Assembly (NCBI GenBank): GCA_035624615.1
Contig: DASPRE010000090.1
Span: forward strand, 682-64,681
DNA length: 64,000 bases
Origin: Burkholderiales bacterium
GTDB lineage: Bacteria; Pseudomonadota; Gammaproteobacteria; Burkholderiales; JAHFRG01
Direction: 5' to 3'
Shown: positions 45,661 to 55,951 of the stretch, piece after piece
Layout: every line of letters begins with the position of its first letter
How positions within the stretch are numbered: position 1 is the stretch's first letter
Notes under the pieces: generated by a model
The model's database searches: none
The model's input: only the letters and a program-made list of their open reading frames with translations
Told to the model about the DNA's origin: nothing
Translations under genes and position numbers: made by a program

Positions 45661-46215
45661 TTAACCACCTTGAGTCGCCTGTCCCGCGAAGTTCCGCGAT
45701 AGGTTGGCTCCTATATCGGCATTGTTCTGTGGCGCGATTTGGTTGATCAGGCTCGATTCACGTTGATAAAATCCTTCGGTGTGGAAGCTGTCCGGTAGCT
45801 TCAGCAACTCGTAATCAAGATGATGACAAAATTCGTGCATCAATGTCCTCAAGAAAGTTCGAAACGCCACAATCTTCCTGCGCCGCGCGGTCCGCATCCA
45901 CACTTCGATTTGCGCCCCATTGCGGCCTTCGGCAACGGTGTAGAGTCCATGCAGTTCGCCCCATTGTCCCTGAGGCCGCGCAGCGTGAACCTTAACACGC
46001 ACCGCAGCGACATTCAGCGCTGCAGTCAAACGATCTAGTAATTGTTCGCAAACTGATTCCACTTCCTTGGTCTGCTCGCGGTTAAGGCTAATTCTAAGAA
46101 CCTCAAGCAATGAATCAAAATTTGTTTCAGGCAATTTAATTGTGCCAATCCTGTCGCTCGCGCGATAAACCCGCTGTTGCGCAGGATTAAGGCGATTGTA
46201 GTATGCAAAAAACAC
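45661..46215 (-). CDS. Hypothetical zincin-like metalloprotein (HExxH)
   Basis: LMHEFCHHLD followed by SFHTEGFY. GTG start; its TAA directly abuts the phosphatase ATG. Confidence 0.7.
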   Translation of the reverse strand: MFFAYYNRLNPAQQRVYRASDRIGTIKLPETNFDSLLEVLRISLNREQTKEVESVCEQLLDRLTAALNVAAVRVKVHAARPQGQWGELHGLYTVAEGRNGAQIEVWMRTARRRKIVAFRTFLRTLMHEFCHHLDYELLKLPDSFHTEGFYQRESSLINQIAPQNNADIGANLSRNFAGQATQGG

Positions 46216-46450
46216 AAACGTATAGATGCGAATTAAATATATCTGCTATATATCATCGACACTTTGTTGGCTAAATTTCACTATTAATTCGTCTCTGGCT
46301 TCATTTTATCACCGCCGGACTTCCCGGGTGCTCACGCGTTGACCACAGTAACAAAACGATGTATTTTAGCCGCACCGCCTTGCTGCCCCCAAACGAAAAA
46401 CATGGTACTTCGATTACCATGATCCCGCATCGGAGGAATGAAGCCACTTC

Positions 46451-47752
46451 ATGAGAACAGTGCTGGTATTCGTTGGTCTGTATTTCGCGCTCACTTCGAT
46501 AGCCGAAGCGCTCCCGGAAGCGCCCGCCGGATTTGACGACAAGAGCAATGGCACTGTGAACGACGAGACTCACCAGGCTGACCAGGAGCGGTTTGACGAA
46601 TTTGAGTCGGTACAAGACGGCCTAGGTCCCCTCTACAATGCGCAGTCCTGTCGCGAATGTCACCAGGATCCAAAGTCAGGTGGTGCAAGTCAGGTTACGG
46701 AGTTGCGCGCGGGCCATCTTGGGCCAGACAACCGTTTCCAAAACCCAAGGATACCAATAGCTCGTGGAAAGGAAATCATCACTGGCCGTTCGTTGGTGAA
46801 TGACCGCGCTATCTGTCCCAACGAAAGTTTTCCGAATACAGAAATCCACGAACGGGTGCCGCAATCGGAAACTATCCGTACAACCCGGATTTCACTTAAC
46901 CTGCTGGGGGATGGATTTGTCGAGGCGGTCGCCGACGAGACGCTGATTGAATTATCCCGCAAGCAGTGTCGAAGCACCAGCGGAAAAATCTGCGGTCAAG
47001 TGCTTCGGGTACCTATCGTGGAAGCTCCTGGACACACAGGCGTGGGGCGTTTCGGTTGGAAAAACCAGCATGCTAGCCTGTTGTCATTTTCTGGTGATGC
47101 CTACCTGAACGAGATGGGGATCACAAGCAGGTTATTCCCAGATGAAGTTACCAACCTGTGCAATACGGTGGCCGAACCAAATAGCATTGCGGGGGCTGAC
47201 GGTATGGACGATGTGGATCATTTTGCCCGTTTCATTCGTGCCACGAAGGCTCCATCGCGTGACACGGTACTGGCACAGTCGCCGAAAACGAAAAGAGGAT
47301 CGGTGCTATTCGACAAAGTGGGCTGCGCTGCCTGTCACGTGCGAACTCTGCGAGCCGCCCCGGCGGGAACAAAAATCAACGGCGGAACTTATATCATTTC
47401 TGATGCCTTGGGGGGAAAAACCTTTCACCCGTTCTCGGATTTTCTGTTGCACGACGTTGGAACGGGCGATGGGATAGTTATGGCAATGGAGGAACACTAC
47501 GGCCGCAATGCATACAAAATTGCCTGGAAAAACTTTTCACCTGGACACTTGCAGGCAACGAGAAACAAATTGCGGACGGCTCCCTTATGGGGGTTGCGGC
47601 TGCGAACTCGGTTAATGCATGATGGCGCGTCGACCACGTTCGCCGACGCGATCCGCCGGCATCGCGGAGAAGCAGGCACGGTGTCCAGTAATTTCCAGCA
47701 GCTATCTCCGGCGGATCGCGAAGCGCTGTTTGATTTCTTGAGATCTCTGTAA
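46451..47752 (+). CDS. Secreted di-heme oxidoreductase (DHOR) family protein
   Basis: Signal peptide; two CxxCH motifs (CRECH, CAACH); GRFGWK, HPFSDFLLHD, RTAPLWG, MHDG. Confidence 0.85.
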   Translation: MRTVLVFVGLYFALTSIAEALPEAPAGFDDKSNGTVNDETHQADQERFDEFESVQDGLGPLYNAQSCRECHQDPKSGGASQVTELRAGHLGPDNRFQNPRIPIARGKEIITGRSLVNDRAICPNESFPNTEIHERVPQSETIRTTRISLNLLGDGFVEAVADETLIELSRKQCRSTSGKICGQVLRVPIVEAPGHTGVGRFGWKNQHASLLSFSGDAYLNEMGITSRLFPDEVTNLCNTVAEPNSIAGADGMDDVDHFARFIRATKAPSRDTVLAQSPKTKRGSVLFDKVGCAACHVRTLRAAPAGTKINGGTYIISDALGGKTFHPFSDFLLHDVGTGDGIVMAMEEHYGRNAYKIAWKNFSPGHLQATRNKLRTAPLWGLRLRTRLMHDGASTTFADAIRRHRGEAGTVSSNFQQLSPADREALFDFLRSL

Positions 47753-47831
47753 AGCGCATGAAGTGCCGGCGACTAGACAAAGCTCCGCAAAAGATGGGAC
47801 CCTGTCTTATCTCCCCTCTTCTTCAGTATTT

Positions 47832-48869
47832 CTACTTCGACGCTAATTCTTCGGGAACTATTGATATCGTCACGATATTGTTTCGGCGCAATACCCTGAG
47901 CTCTGAATTTTTGCCTATTCGCTCCTCACTCAGCAGTTTGTGCAAATCATCGATTCCCGAAGTAGTATTGCCGTCATAGCCGAGGATCACGTCTCCGTCT
48001 TGAACCCCGGATTTTTGCGCCGGGCTTCCCGGCTCAACTGCTACCACCCGAACCCCGTTCTCTGAAGAAAGGCCATGGAACCGCACCACCCGCCGCGGGA
48101 GTGCGACGTTTTGTCCAATCACACCGACCGAGCCGCGCTTTACTTTGCCATGTTTAAGTAATTGGCTCACCACTACTTTGGCTGTGTTGACCGCGATCGC
48201 AAAACAGATACCTTGTGCCGGCAATATGATTGCCGTGTTAATGCCTATGACTTCGCCTCTTGAATTCACCAGCGGTCCGCCTGAATTGCCGGGGTTGAGC
48301 GCAGCGTCGGTCTGGATCACGTCGTGAATGAGGCGGCCCGATTGTGCGCGCAGCGAACGGCCCAACGCGCTCACTACACCAGCGGTGACGCTACACTGAA
48401 AACCAAGCGGGTTGCCGATGGCGATGGCAAGCTGCCCCACTCGTATTGATCGGGATTCGCCCAAATGTGCGGGTAAGAGATTTGGCGCTGATATCCTAAT
48501 CACCGCCAAATCCGTGTACGGATCGTCTCCGATCAAATCAGCCTGGAAGCGGCGCCCGTCGGTGAGAGTGACTTCCATTTCCCTTGCGCGCGTGGCCACG
48601 TGGCTGTTGGTCAGAATAAAACCATCATGTGTAAAAATGAACCCCGAGCCACTGCCCTGTACTCCTTCCCGCGCGGCATTTCTACCGGCTCCTGCAGCGT
48701 TTTTCTTGACGTCGATTTTTACTACCGATGGACCCACTTTATCCACGGCATCAACCACCGCTTGAGAATAGGCATCAAACAGTTCACCATCTTCTGGCGA
48801 AAACTCATCAGTGTGATTGCCTTCCGCTTGAGAGCCTTCGTTCAACATTATCTGCAAGATGTCATACAT
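47832..48869 (-). CDS. HtrA/Deg-type serine protease with one PDZ domain and no obvious signal peptide
   Basis: Triad motifs LTNSHV, DLAVI and GNSGGP; C-terminal PDZ (GSPAQKSG...GDVI). Confidence 0.92.
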   Translation of the reverse strand: MYDILQIMLNEGSQAEGNHTDEFSPEDGELFDAYSQAVVDAVDKVGPSVVKIDVKKNAAGAGRNAAREGVQGSGSGFIFTHDGFILTNSHVATRAREMEVTLTDGRRFQADLIGDDPYTDLAVIRISAPNLLPAHLGESRSIRVGQLAIAIGNPLGFQCSVTAGVVSALGRSLRAQSGRLIHDVIQTDAALNPGNSGGPLVNSRGEVIGINTAIILPAQGICFAIAVNTAKVVVSQLLKHGKVKRGSVGVIGQNVALPRRVVRFHGLSSENGVRVVAVEPGSPAQKSGVQDGDVILGYDGNTTSGIDDLHKLLSEERIGKNSELRVLRRNNIVTISIVPEELASK

Positions 48870-49122
48870 AGGTTTTTCCTAACAGCGCCAATCAGCGCTG
48901 TCCCGGGTCGGTTAATTTTGTTTAAATTGGGGGCAAAGCTGGAAAATCAACCCTGAGATGAGAAGCTCCCGAGTAGTGCTTTGCCATTGATGCTGCGAAA
49001 ACTCAACAAGATTTGGTTCACATCGTGGCGCGCATACCGACTTCGAGCCGAAATCCGTAATATGGCCCATTGTCAGGCTTACCGATCCTTACCGCGAGTT
49101 GCAAACTCATGACTACTATTAC

Positions 49123-52100
49123 TTACAGCTTGTCCAGCGGAGCCCCCTCGCTTGCGGTGCCGCTCGCCGGAGAATCCGGCCTGACTTGATCCGGCATGGT
49201 AATTTCCTTTCCGCGGCCCTCTACAATCCTGCGTATGACCACATAGAACACCGGCGTCAAAAATATACCGAAAAACGTCACTCCCAACATTCCGCTGAAT
49301 ACTGCGGTGCCCAGCGCTTGGCGCATTTCAGCGCCGGCTCCTACTGAAAACACCAGCGGCAGAACACCGAAGATGAAAGCAAACGAGGTCATCAGGATAG
49401 GGCGCAGGCGCAGCTTGCACGCTTCAATCGCGGCGTCGAACCTGTTCAGCCCCCGGTCCTGGTGTTGCTTGGCAAATTCGACAATCAAGATTGCGTTCTT
49501 GCATGCGAGCCCCACCAATACCACGAAGCCGATTTGGGTAAAGATATTATTATCGAGCCCCCGCAGCCATACGCCGGTGATGGCAGACAATAAACACATT
49601 GGCACAATAAGAATAATGGCGAACGGCAGCGACCAGCTTTCATACAGCGCCGAGAGCGCCAGAAATACGAACAACACGGACAACGGAAAGATAACGATGG
49701 CGCTGTTGCCCGCGAGAATCTGCTGGAAGATCAGTTCGGTCCATTCAGTTCCCAGTTCCCTTGGCAATTCCTTCTTCGCAAGGTTATCCATGATTTCGAT
49801 GGCCTGCCCAGAGCTTAAGCTGGGAGCGATGGTGCCGTTGAGTTCCGCTGCGGGAAACAGATTATAGCGCGTCACCCGGTCCGCTCCTGTAATCTCCTTG
49901 ATAGTCATCAGTGTGCCCAGCGGCACCATGTCGCCTTTGACATTGCGCGTTTTAAGCAAGCGGATGTCGTCAGCCCTCAAGCGGAACGGCGCATCAGCCT
50001 GCACCCTGACTTGATAGGTGCGGCCGAAGAGATTGAAGTCATTGACGTAGAGCGAGCCCAGATAGATCTGCAGCGTGCTAAAGACATCGCTCAAAGGCAC
50101 CTGCATAGATTTGGCCTTGACACGGTCGACGTCTAAATATAGTTGGGGAGTATTGGCGCGGAAACTGGTGAACACGCCTTGCAGACCGGGTTGATGGTTG
50201 GCTGCATCCGCAAGTTTTTGCGCGCCCGCCTGCAATGCTTGCAGGCCCACGCCGCCCCGGTCCTGAATTTGCATCTTGAAGCCACCCAGGGTGCTCACGC
50301 CGCGCACCGGCGGCGGCAAAAACACGCCAATGAACGCGTCCTGGATTACGCTTAATTTTTTGCGCAGCACGGCCGCGATCCTTTCGCCGGAAAGATTGGG
50401 ATCGTGTTCACGCTCGACGAACGGCTTGAGCGGCACAAAGATAGTTCCGGTATTGGAGGTGTTGGCAAAACTCACGACGCTGAAACCCGCAAATTGGACC
50501 GTGTTAAGCACACCGGGAGTATCGCGTATTATTGACGACACCCGTTGTACTACAGCGTCGGTGCGCGCAAGCGAAGCCGCTTCGGGAAGTTGAATGTAGG
50601 TGATGAGGTAGCCCTGATCTTGGGACGGAATAAAGCCGGTGGGAACCCTGGTAAAACCCAGCCAAGTGGCGCCAAGCAGTCCCGCATAAATAACTAACAT
50701 AACGGCGCTTATCCGGATAACGCGAGCGACCACGCGAGTGTATCCGTTTCTGCTGTGTTCGAACGCCCAATTGAACGAGCGAAAAAACCAGCCGAGAATG
50801 CGGTCCAGAATGCGCGTAAACCAATCCTTCTTTGCGTCATGCGGTTGCAACAGCAGCGCGCACAAGGCCGGGCTCAGCGTGAGCGAATTGAAAGCGGAAA
50901 TGACAGTGGACACCGCGATGGTCAATGCGAACTGGCGGTAGAACTGGCCGTTCAGCCCGGTGATAAAAGCGGTAGGGACAAACACTGCGGAAAGCACCAC
51001 CGCGACCGCAATCACCGGCCCCGCTACCTCGTCTATCGCCTTGAATGTTGCGTCCCTAGGCTTAAATCCGAGCGCGATATTGCGCTCCACGTTCTCCACT
51101 ACCACGATGGCATCATCCACCACGATGCCGATCGCGAGCACGAGGCCGAACAGAGACAAATTATTGAGCGAAAACCCGAACGCCGCCATTGCGGCGAAGG
51201 TGCCGATTAGGGAGACCGGCACCGCAAGCAAAGGGATTATGGAAGCGCGCCAGGTCTGCAGAAACACAACCACCACCAGCACCACCAGAAGGATGGCGCC
51301 GATCAGAGTCTCGATAACCGCTCGAATGGATTCCTCAACGAAAAGCGTGGTGTCGTACACAACGCGGTAATCGAGGCCCTTGGGAAAGCGCTCTTTGAGT
51401 TTTTCCATGGCGGCGCGAACCGCCTTGGAAGTCTCCAGCGCATTGGTGCCAGGCAGCTGCAATATCACTAGCGCGGCAGCGGGTTTGCCACCAAGGTAAC
51501 TGTTCACGGAATAGTCGCGCGCGGCAAGCTCAATACGTGCAATGTCGCGCAAATATGTGACCTCGCCGTCACTGCCAGACTTGATAATGATGTTGCCGAA
51601 TTGCTCTTCGGTCCACAGCCGACCCAAAGTATTGACCGTGAGTTGAAGGTCGCGAGCATTCGGCGCCGGCGGCTGGTTGATGACGCCTGCCGCCACTTGC
51701 ACGTTTTGTTCCCGAATCGCATCGGCGACATCGTTGGCGGTAAGGTTACGTTGCGCAACTTTGCCGGGATCAAGCCATATGCGCATTGAATAGTCGCGCG
51801 CGCCGAACACCAGCACGTCCCCCACACCGGTGACGCGCGCCAGGACATCCTTAATCTGCAAATAGGCATAGTTCCCCACATAGAGCTGGTCGTAGGTGTT
51901 GTCCGGCGAGAGCAGATGTACCACCATTGTGAGATCCGGCGAGCGCTTCTTGGTGGTGATGCCATTCTGCCGCGCTTCCGCCGGGAGCCTCGGCTCCGCG
52001 ATCGCTACCCGGTTTTGCACCAGCACCTGCGCCTGGTTGAGATCGCTACCAAGATTGAACGTGAGAGTAAGGTTCATCTGGCCGTCGCTGGTGGACTGCG

Positions 52101-52344
52101 ATGACATGTAGAGCATGTTTTCGACCCCATTTACTTCCTGCTCGATCGGGGTCGCCACCGTTTGGGCCACTGTCAAAGCGTTGGCGCCGGGATAGCTCGC
52201 GTTGACCACGATCGTGGGCGGCGCAACATTGGGGAGTTGCGCCACGGGCAGCTTGAACAACGCGATGGTGCCGACAAGCACGAAAAAAATTGAAAGCACC
52301 GCGGCGAAAATCGGCCGGTCAATGAAAAAATGCGCGAACTTCAC
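49123..52344 (-). CDS. HAE1-family RND efflux permease (MexF/OqxB-like)
   Basis: FFIDRPIFA, GIVVDDAIVVVEN, CKNAILIVEFA, RLRPILMTS. Confidence 0.96.
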   Translation of the reverse strand: MKFAHFFIDRPIFAAVLSIFFVLVGTIALFKLPVAQLPNVAPPTIVVNASYPGANALTVAQTVATPIEQEVNGVENMLYMSSQSTSDGQMNLTLTFNLGSDLNQAQVLVQNRVAIAEPRLPAEARQNGITTKKRSPDLTMVVHLLSPDNTYDQLYVGNYAYLQIKDVLARVTGVGDVLVFGARDYSMRIWLDPGKVAQRNLTANDVADAIREQNVQVAAGVINQPPAPNARDLQLTVNTLGRLWTEEQFGNIIIKSGSDGEVTYLRDIARIELAARDYSVNSYLGGKPAAALVILQLPGTNALETSKAVRAAMEKLKERFPKGLDYRVVYDTTLFVEESIRAVIETLIGAILLVVLVVVVFLQTWRASIIPLLAVPVSLIGTFAAMAAFGFSLNNLSLFGLVLAIGIVVDDAIVVVENVERNIALGFKPRDATFKAIDEVAGPVIAVAVVLSAVFVPTAFITGLNGQFYRQFALTIAVSTVISAFNSLTLSPALCALLLQPHDAKKDWFTRILDRILGWFFRSFNWAFEHSRNGYTRVVARVIRISAVMLVIYAGLLGATWLGFTRVPTGFIPSQDQGYLITYIQLPEAASLARTDAVVQRVSSIIRDTPGVLNTVQFAGFSVVSFANTSNTGTIFVPLKPFVEREHDPNLSGERIAAVLRKKLSVIQDAFIGVFLPPPVRGVSTLGGFKMQIQDRGGVGLQALQAGAQKLADAANHQPGLQGVFTSFRANTPQLYLDVDRVKAKSMQVPLSDVFSTLQIYLGSLYVNDFNLFGRTYQVRVQADAPFRLRADDIRLLKTRNVKGDMVPLGTLMTIKEITGADRVTRYNLFPAAELNGTIAPSLSSGQAIEIMDNLAKKELPRELGTEWTELIFQQILAGNSAIVIFPLSVLFVFLALSALYESWSLPFAIILIVPMCLLSAITGVWLRGLDNNIFTQIGFVVLVGLACKNAILIVEFAKQHQDRGLNRFDAAIEACKLRLRPILMTSFAFIFGVLPLVFSVGAGAEMRQALGTAVFSGMLGVTFFGIFLTPVFYVVIRRIVEGRGKEITMPDQVRPDSPASGTASEGAPLDKL

Positions 52345-53633
52345 TGACGGGCTCCTGCTTCCTGATTCTTAGGCGTTGTCTTCTCTATATCGTCCTGTCT
52401 CTTGCGCGGCGATTTTTCACCACCGAGCGCAGCGGAGTTCGCATCAGGCCCCTTTGCTAAGCTCGCCATCGAGACCTTCTCTGGGTTCACTTTGATCCCT
52501 GGGAGCACGCGCTGTAAGCCATTCACAATCACCCAGTCGCCAGGCTTCAATCCTTCCTGGATGACGCGCAAGCCTTCAATAAAGGCTCCTGGTTTCACCG
52601 CGCGATATTCCACCATGTTGTCGCTATTCACGACCAGAACGAATTTTTTCTCCTGGTCCGCGCCGATCGCCACGTCTGAAACCAGCAACGCAGGATAAGT
52701 CCCGCTTCCATGCACGCGCACGCGCACAAAAAAGCCGGGGCTCAACAGGTCGCCGTCGTTAGAAAAAACGCCGCGCACCCTGACCGTGCCGGTGGTCGGA
52801 TCGAGACGCGGTTCCACAAAATCAGTGAACCCCTTATGCGGAAAATTCGTCTCGTCCGCCAGCTCTAGCTCCATCGGAATTGGGCCGTAGCGGGCGGTCG
52901 CACGCAATCCTTCGCGCGCAAGCCGCCGGTACTTCAATACCGATTGCTCGTCGGCATCAACGTAAACGTAAATAGGATCAACGGAGACGATGGTGGTAAG
53001 CAGCGTCGCTTCACCAGAGTTGCCGCCATTTACGAGGTTGCCCAGGGTCTTAAGCGTTCTGCTGCTGCGCCCGTCAATAGGCGCGCGCACCTGGGTGAAC
53101 TCCACGTTGAGCTTCGCCTCTTGCAGCGCCGCTTCCGCCGAACGCAGCGCCGCCTCCAGCTGGCTCACACTTTTGTTGCGATTATCGTATTCCGCCGCCG
53201 ATATGAAGTGCGATTTGAAAAGCCCTTCGGCCCGCGCCAAGTCGTTCTTTGCAAGTTCGAGCTGGGCTCGACTGCGGTCGACCTCAGCGGCGGCGCGATC
53301 ACGCTCTGCAACGAACGGGCGCGGGTCTATGACGTACAGCAGGTCGCCCTTCTTCACCTTCGCGCCGTCCTTGAAATTCACCTGGGAAATGTAGCCGCTC
53401 ACCCGGGCCCGCACTTCTACCGTTTGCACCGCCTCCAGCCTTCCGGTGTACTCGTCCCATTCCACAACATCTTTTGCTATCGGCTGCGCTACTGTGACAA
53501 TTGGCGCGGGCGGTACCGGATTTGTCGGCTTCGCGTTGCTGCCGCTGTCGCACCCCGCTAGGATTGCGACAAACCATGCGGCAAGAGTTGCGTGGAACAC
53601 TGCCCCTGTGTTCGCCTCCGTAAAATTAATCAT
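52341..53633 (-). CDS. RND membrane fusion protein (MexE-like lipoprotein)
   Basis: Lipobox ILAGC, VEVRARVSG, VRAPIDG, VNGLQR; GTGA overlap with the permease. Confidence 0.94.
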   Translation of the reverse strand: MINFTEANTGAVFHATLAAWFVAILAGCDSGSNAKPTNPVPPAPIVTVAQPIAKDVVEWDEYTGRLEAVQTVEVRARVSGYISQVNFKDGAKVKKGDLLYVIDPRPFVAERDRAAAEVDRSRAQLELAKNDLARAEGLFKSHFISAAEYDNRNKSVSQLEAALRSAEAALQEAKLNVEFTQVRAPIDGRSSRTLKTLGNLVNGGNSGEATLLTTIVSVDPIYVYVDADEQSVLKYRRLAREGLRATARYGPIPMELELADETNFPHKGFTDFVEPRLDPTTGTVRVRGVFSNDGDLLSPGFFVRVRVHGSGTYPALLVSDVAIGADQEKKFVLVVNSDNMVEYRAVKPGAFIEGLRVIQEGLKPGDWVIVNGLQRVLPGIKVNPEKVSMASLAKGPDANSAALGGEKSPRKRQDDIEKTTPKNQEAGARQ

Positions 53634-53745
53634 CTCTCTTCCCTCTAAGCAACGGGTAAGCCCCTCATCAAATGCGTTACAAAAGATACTTTTTTCCGCA
53701 AATTATAATTCAGTACAAGCATTCCGCCCCTTCCAGGCACGGCGA

Positions 53746-55773
53746 TCAAGTATGCTCCACCACCCCAAATAGTCTTTGTTTTAGTTCCTTCAGCTGATCG
53801 CGAAGCTCGGCGGCACGCTCGAACTCCAAATTCTTAGCGCAGGCAAGCATCTCTTTTTCCAGCTTCTTCACTCCTCTGGTGAGGTCCTTTTCGCTCATCG
53901 CCTGATAAACCGCTTCGCTCTGCGCCGCCTTCAGTTGCTGCTGCGCCAGCCGTGGATCATAAATGCCATCTATCATATCCTTGATGCGTTTGCTCACGCC
54001 TTTCGGTGTAATCCCACGTTCGAGGTTGTACCGTATCTGCTTTTTACGCCGCCGTTCGGTTTCATCAATAGCGCGGCGCATCGAGCCGGTGATGGTATCC
54101 GCGTAGAGTATGGCAGTGCCATTAATGTGTCTGGCTGCGCGTCCTATGGTTTGGATCAGTGAGCGTTCGGAGCGCAGGAATCCTTCTTTGTCCGCATCCA
54201 GTATCGCAACCAGAGAGACTTCCGGAATATCCAACCCTTCGCGCAACAAATTTATACCGACCAGCACATCGAATTCCCCCAGCCGCAGATCGCGGATGAT
54301 CTCCACCCTTTCCACGGTTTCGATATCCGAATGCAGGTAGCGCACTTTGACTCCGTGATCCGCAAAATAATCAGTAAGATCTTCCGCCATGCGTTTGGTG
54401 AGGGTGGTGACCAAAACACGCTCCTGTAAAGCCGCACGGGCATTTACCTCGGAAAGCAAGTCGTCCACCTGGGTCGCAGCGGGACGCACTTCTACGCGCG
54501 GATCAACGAGCCCGGTCGGGCGCACCAATTGCTCAACCACTTGACCCGAGTGTTCTTGCTCATACTCAGCCGGAGTGGCGGATACGAATACGGTCTGGCG
54601 CACGATGCCTTCAAATTCGTCAAAACGCAACGGCCGGTTATCCAGGGCCGAGGGTAACCGGAAACCGTATTCCACCAGTATTTCCTTGCGCGAACGGTCG
54701 CCTCGATACATGCCGCCAAGTTGCGGGATGGTGACATGGCTCTCGTCTACGAACATCAAGGCATTTGGCGGCAGATAATCAATCAGCGTGGGTGGCGGCT
54801 CTCCTTCTTTCCGCCCTGACAGGTGGCGCGAGTAGTTTTCAATACCTTTGCAGAACCCCAGCTCGTTCAACATTTCCAGGTCGAAACGGGTTCGCTGCTC
54901 GATGCGCTGCGCTTCCAGCAGTTTGTTGTGTTTCTGGAAATATTCAATGCGTTCGCGCAATTCCGCCTTGATGGCTTCGATGGCGCGCAACGTGGTGTCA
55001 CGCGGTGTAACGTAATGGCTGGAAGGATAGATGGTGTAACGCCCCACCCGCTGCAGGATATGGCCGGTCAGCGGGTCGAACACCGATAGGCTCTCTACCT
55101 CGTCGTCAAACAACGTCATGCGCACCGCGGTTTCGGAGTTTTCTGCGGGAAATATGTCCAACACGTCTCCATGCACGCGGAATGTGCCGCGCTTGAATTC
55201 CAGCTCATTTCGCTCATACTGCATTTCGGCGAGGCGTTTGATTGCGTCGCGCTGCGAAACTTTTTCTTTTTCGCGCAGGTGCAGGATCATTCCATGGTAA
55301 TCCACCGGGTCGCCGATACCATAAATCGCCGAAACCGTGGCGACGATTACGCTGTCATCGCGCTCCAGCAACGACTTGGTGGCGGAGAGCCGCATTTGCT
55401 CGATGTGCTCGTTGATACTGGAATCTTTCTCGATATACAGATCGCGTGAGGGCACGTAGGCTTCCGGCTGATAGTAATCATAGTAGGAAACGAAATATTC
55501 GACCGCATTCTCAGGAAAGAACTCGCGAAATTCGGCATAAAGCTGTGCTGCGAGTGTCTTGTTTGGCGCCAGCACAAGCGCAGGGCGGCCGAGCGTAGCT
55601 ATCACATGCGCCATGGTGTAGGTTTTTCCCGAGCCGGTGACACCAAGCAGTGTTTGGTAAGCGAGCCCGTCCCCTATGCCTGATACCAGTTGTGCAATCG
55701 CCTCAGGCTGATCCCCCGAGGGCTCAAACGGCTCATGCAGCTTGTACGGGCTATTGGGGAAAGTGACAATCAC
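53746..55773 (-). CDS. uvrB: Excinuclease ABC subunit B
   Basis: [42 protein letters not shown]-terminal UVR domain. Confidence 0.98.
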   Translation of the reverse strand: MIVTFPNSPYKLHEPFEPSGDQPEAIAQLVSGIGDGLAYQTLLGVTGSGKTYTMAHVIATLGRPALVLAPNKTLAAQLYAEFREFFPENAVEYFVSYYDYYQPEAYVPSRDLYIEKDSSINEHIEQMRLSATKSLLERDDSVIVATVSAIYGIGDPVDYHGMILHLREKEKVSQRDAIKRLAEMQYERNELEFKRGTFRVHGDVLDIFPAENSETAVRMTLFDDEVESLSVFDPLTGHILQRVGRYTIYPSSHYVTPRDTTLRAIEAIKAELRERIEYFQKHNKLLEAQRIEQRTRFDLEMLNELGFCKGIENYSRHLSGRKEGEPPPTLIDYLPPNALMFVDESHVTIPQLGGMYRGDRSRKEILVEYGFRLPSALDNRPLRFDEFEGIVRQTVFVSATPAEYEQEHSGQVVEQLVRPTGLVDPRVEVRPAATQVDDLLSEVNARAALQERVLVTTLTKRMAEDLTDYFADHGVKVRYLHSDIETVERVEIIRDLRLGEFDVLVGINLLREGLDIPEVSLVAILDADKEGFLRSERSLIQTIGRAARHINGTAILYADTITGSMRRAIDETERRRKKQIRYNLERGITPKGVSKRIKDMIDGIYDPRLAQQQLKAAQSEAVYQAMSEKDLTRGVKKLEKEMLACAKNLEFERAAELRDQLKELKQRLFGVVEHT

Positions 55774-55811
55774 GGGTAAAATAGCGCCGGTTATGTACTC
55801 AATTGTAAAGC

Positions 55812-55843
55812 TGGGGTAGAGGACCGCTACGACCTCTACCCCA
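55812..55843. repeat. 11-bp perfect inverted repeat between divergent uvrB and aminotransferase genes
   Basis: TGGGGTAGAGG-ACCGCTACGA-CCTCTACCCCA. Confidence 0.7.
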
Positions 55844-55951
55844 AGTTATGTCCAGCTTCATTTTGAATAGCGAAGCCGCTTAAAGTTTCAAACGTTTAAT
55901 ATTACCATGCCGCAAATTTCGGCACTGCAACCAGCGATGAGGAAACCACAA

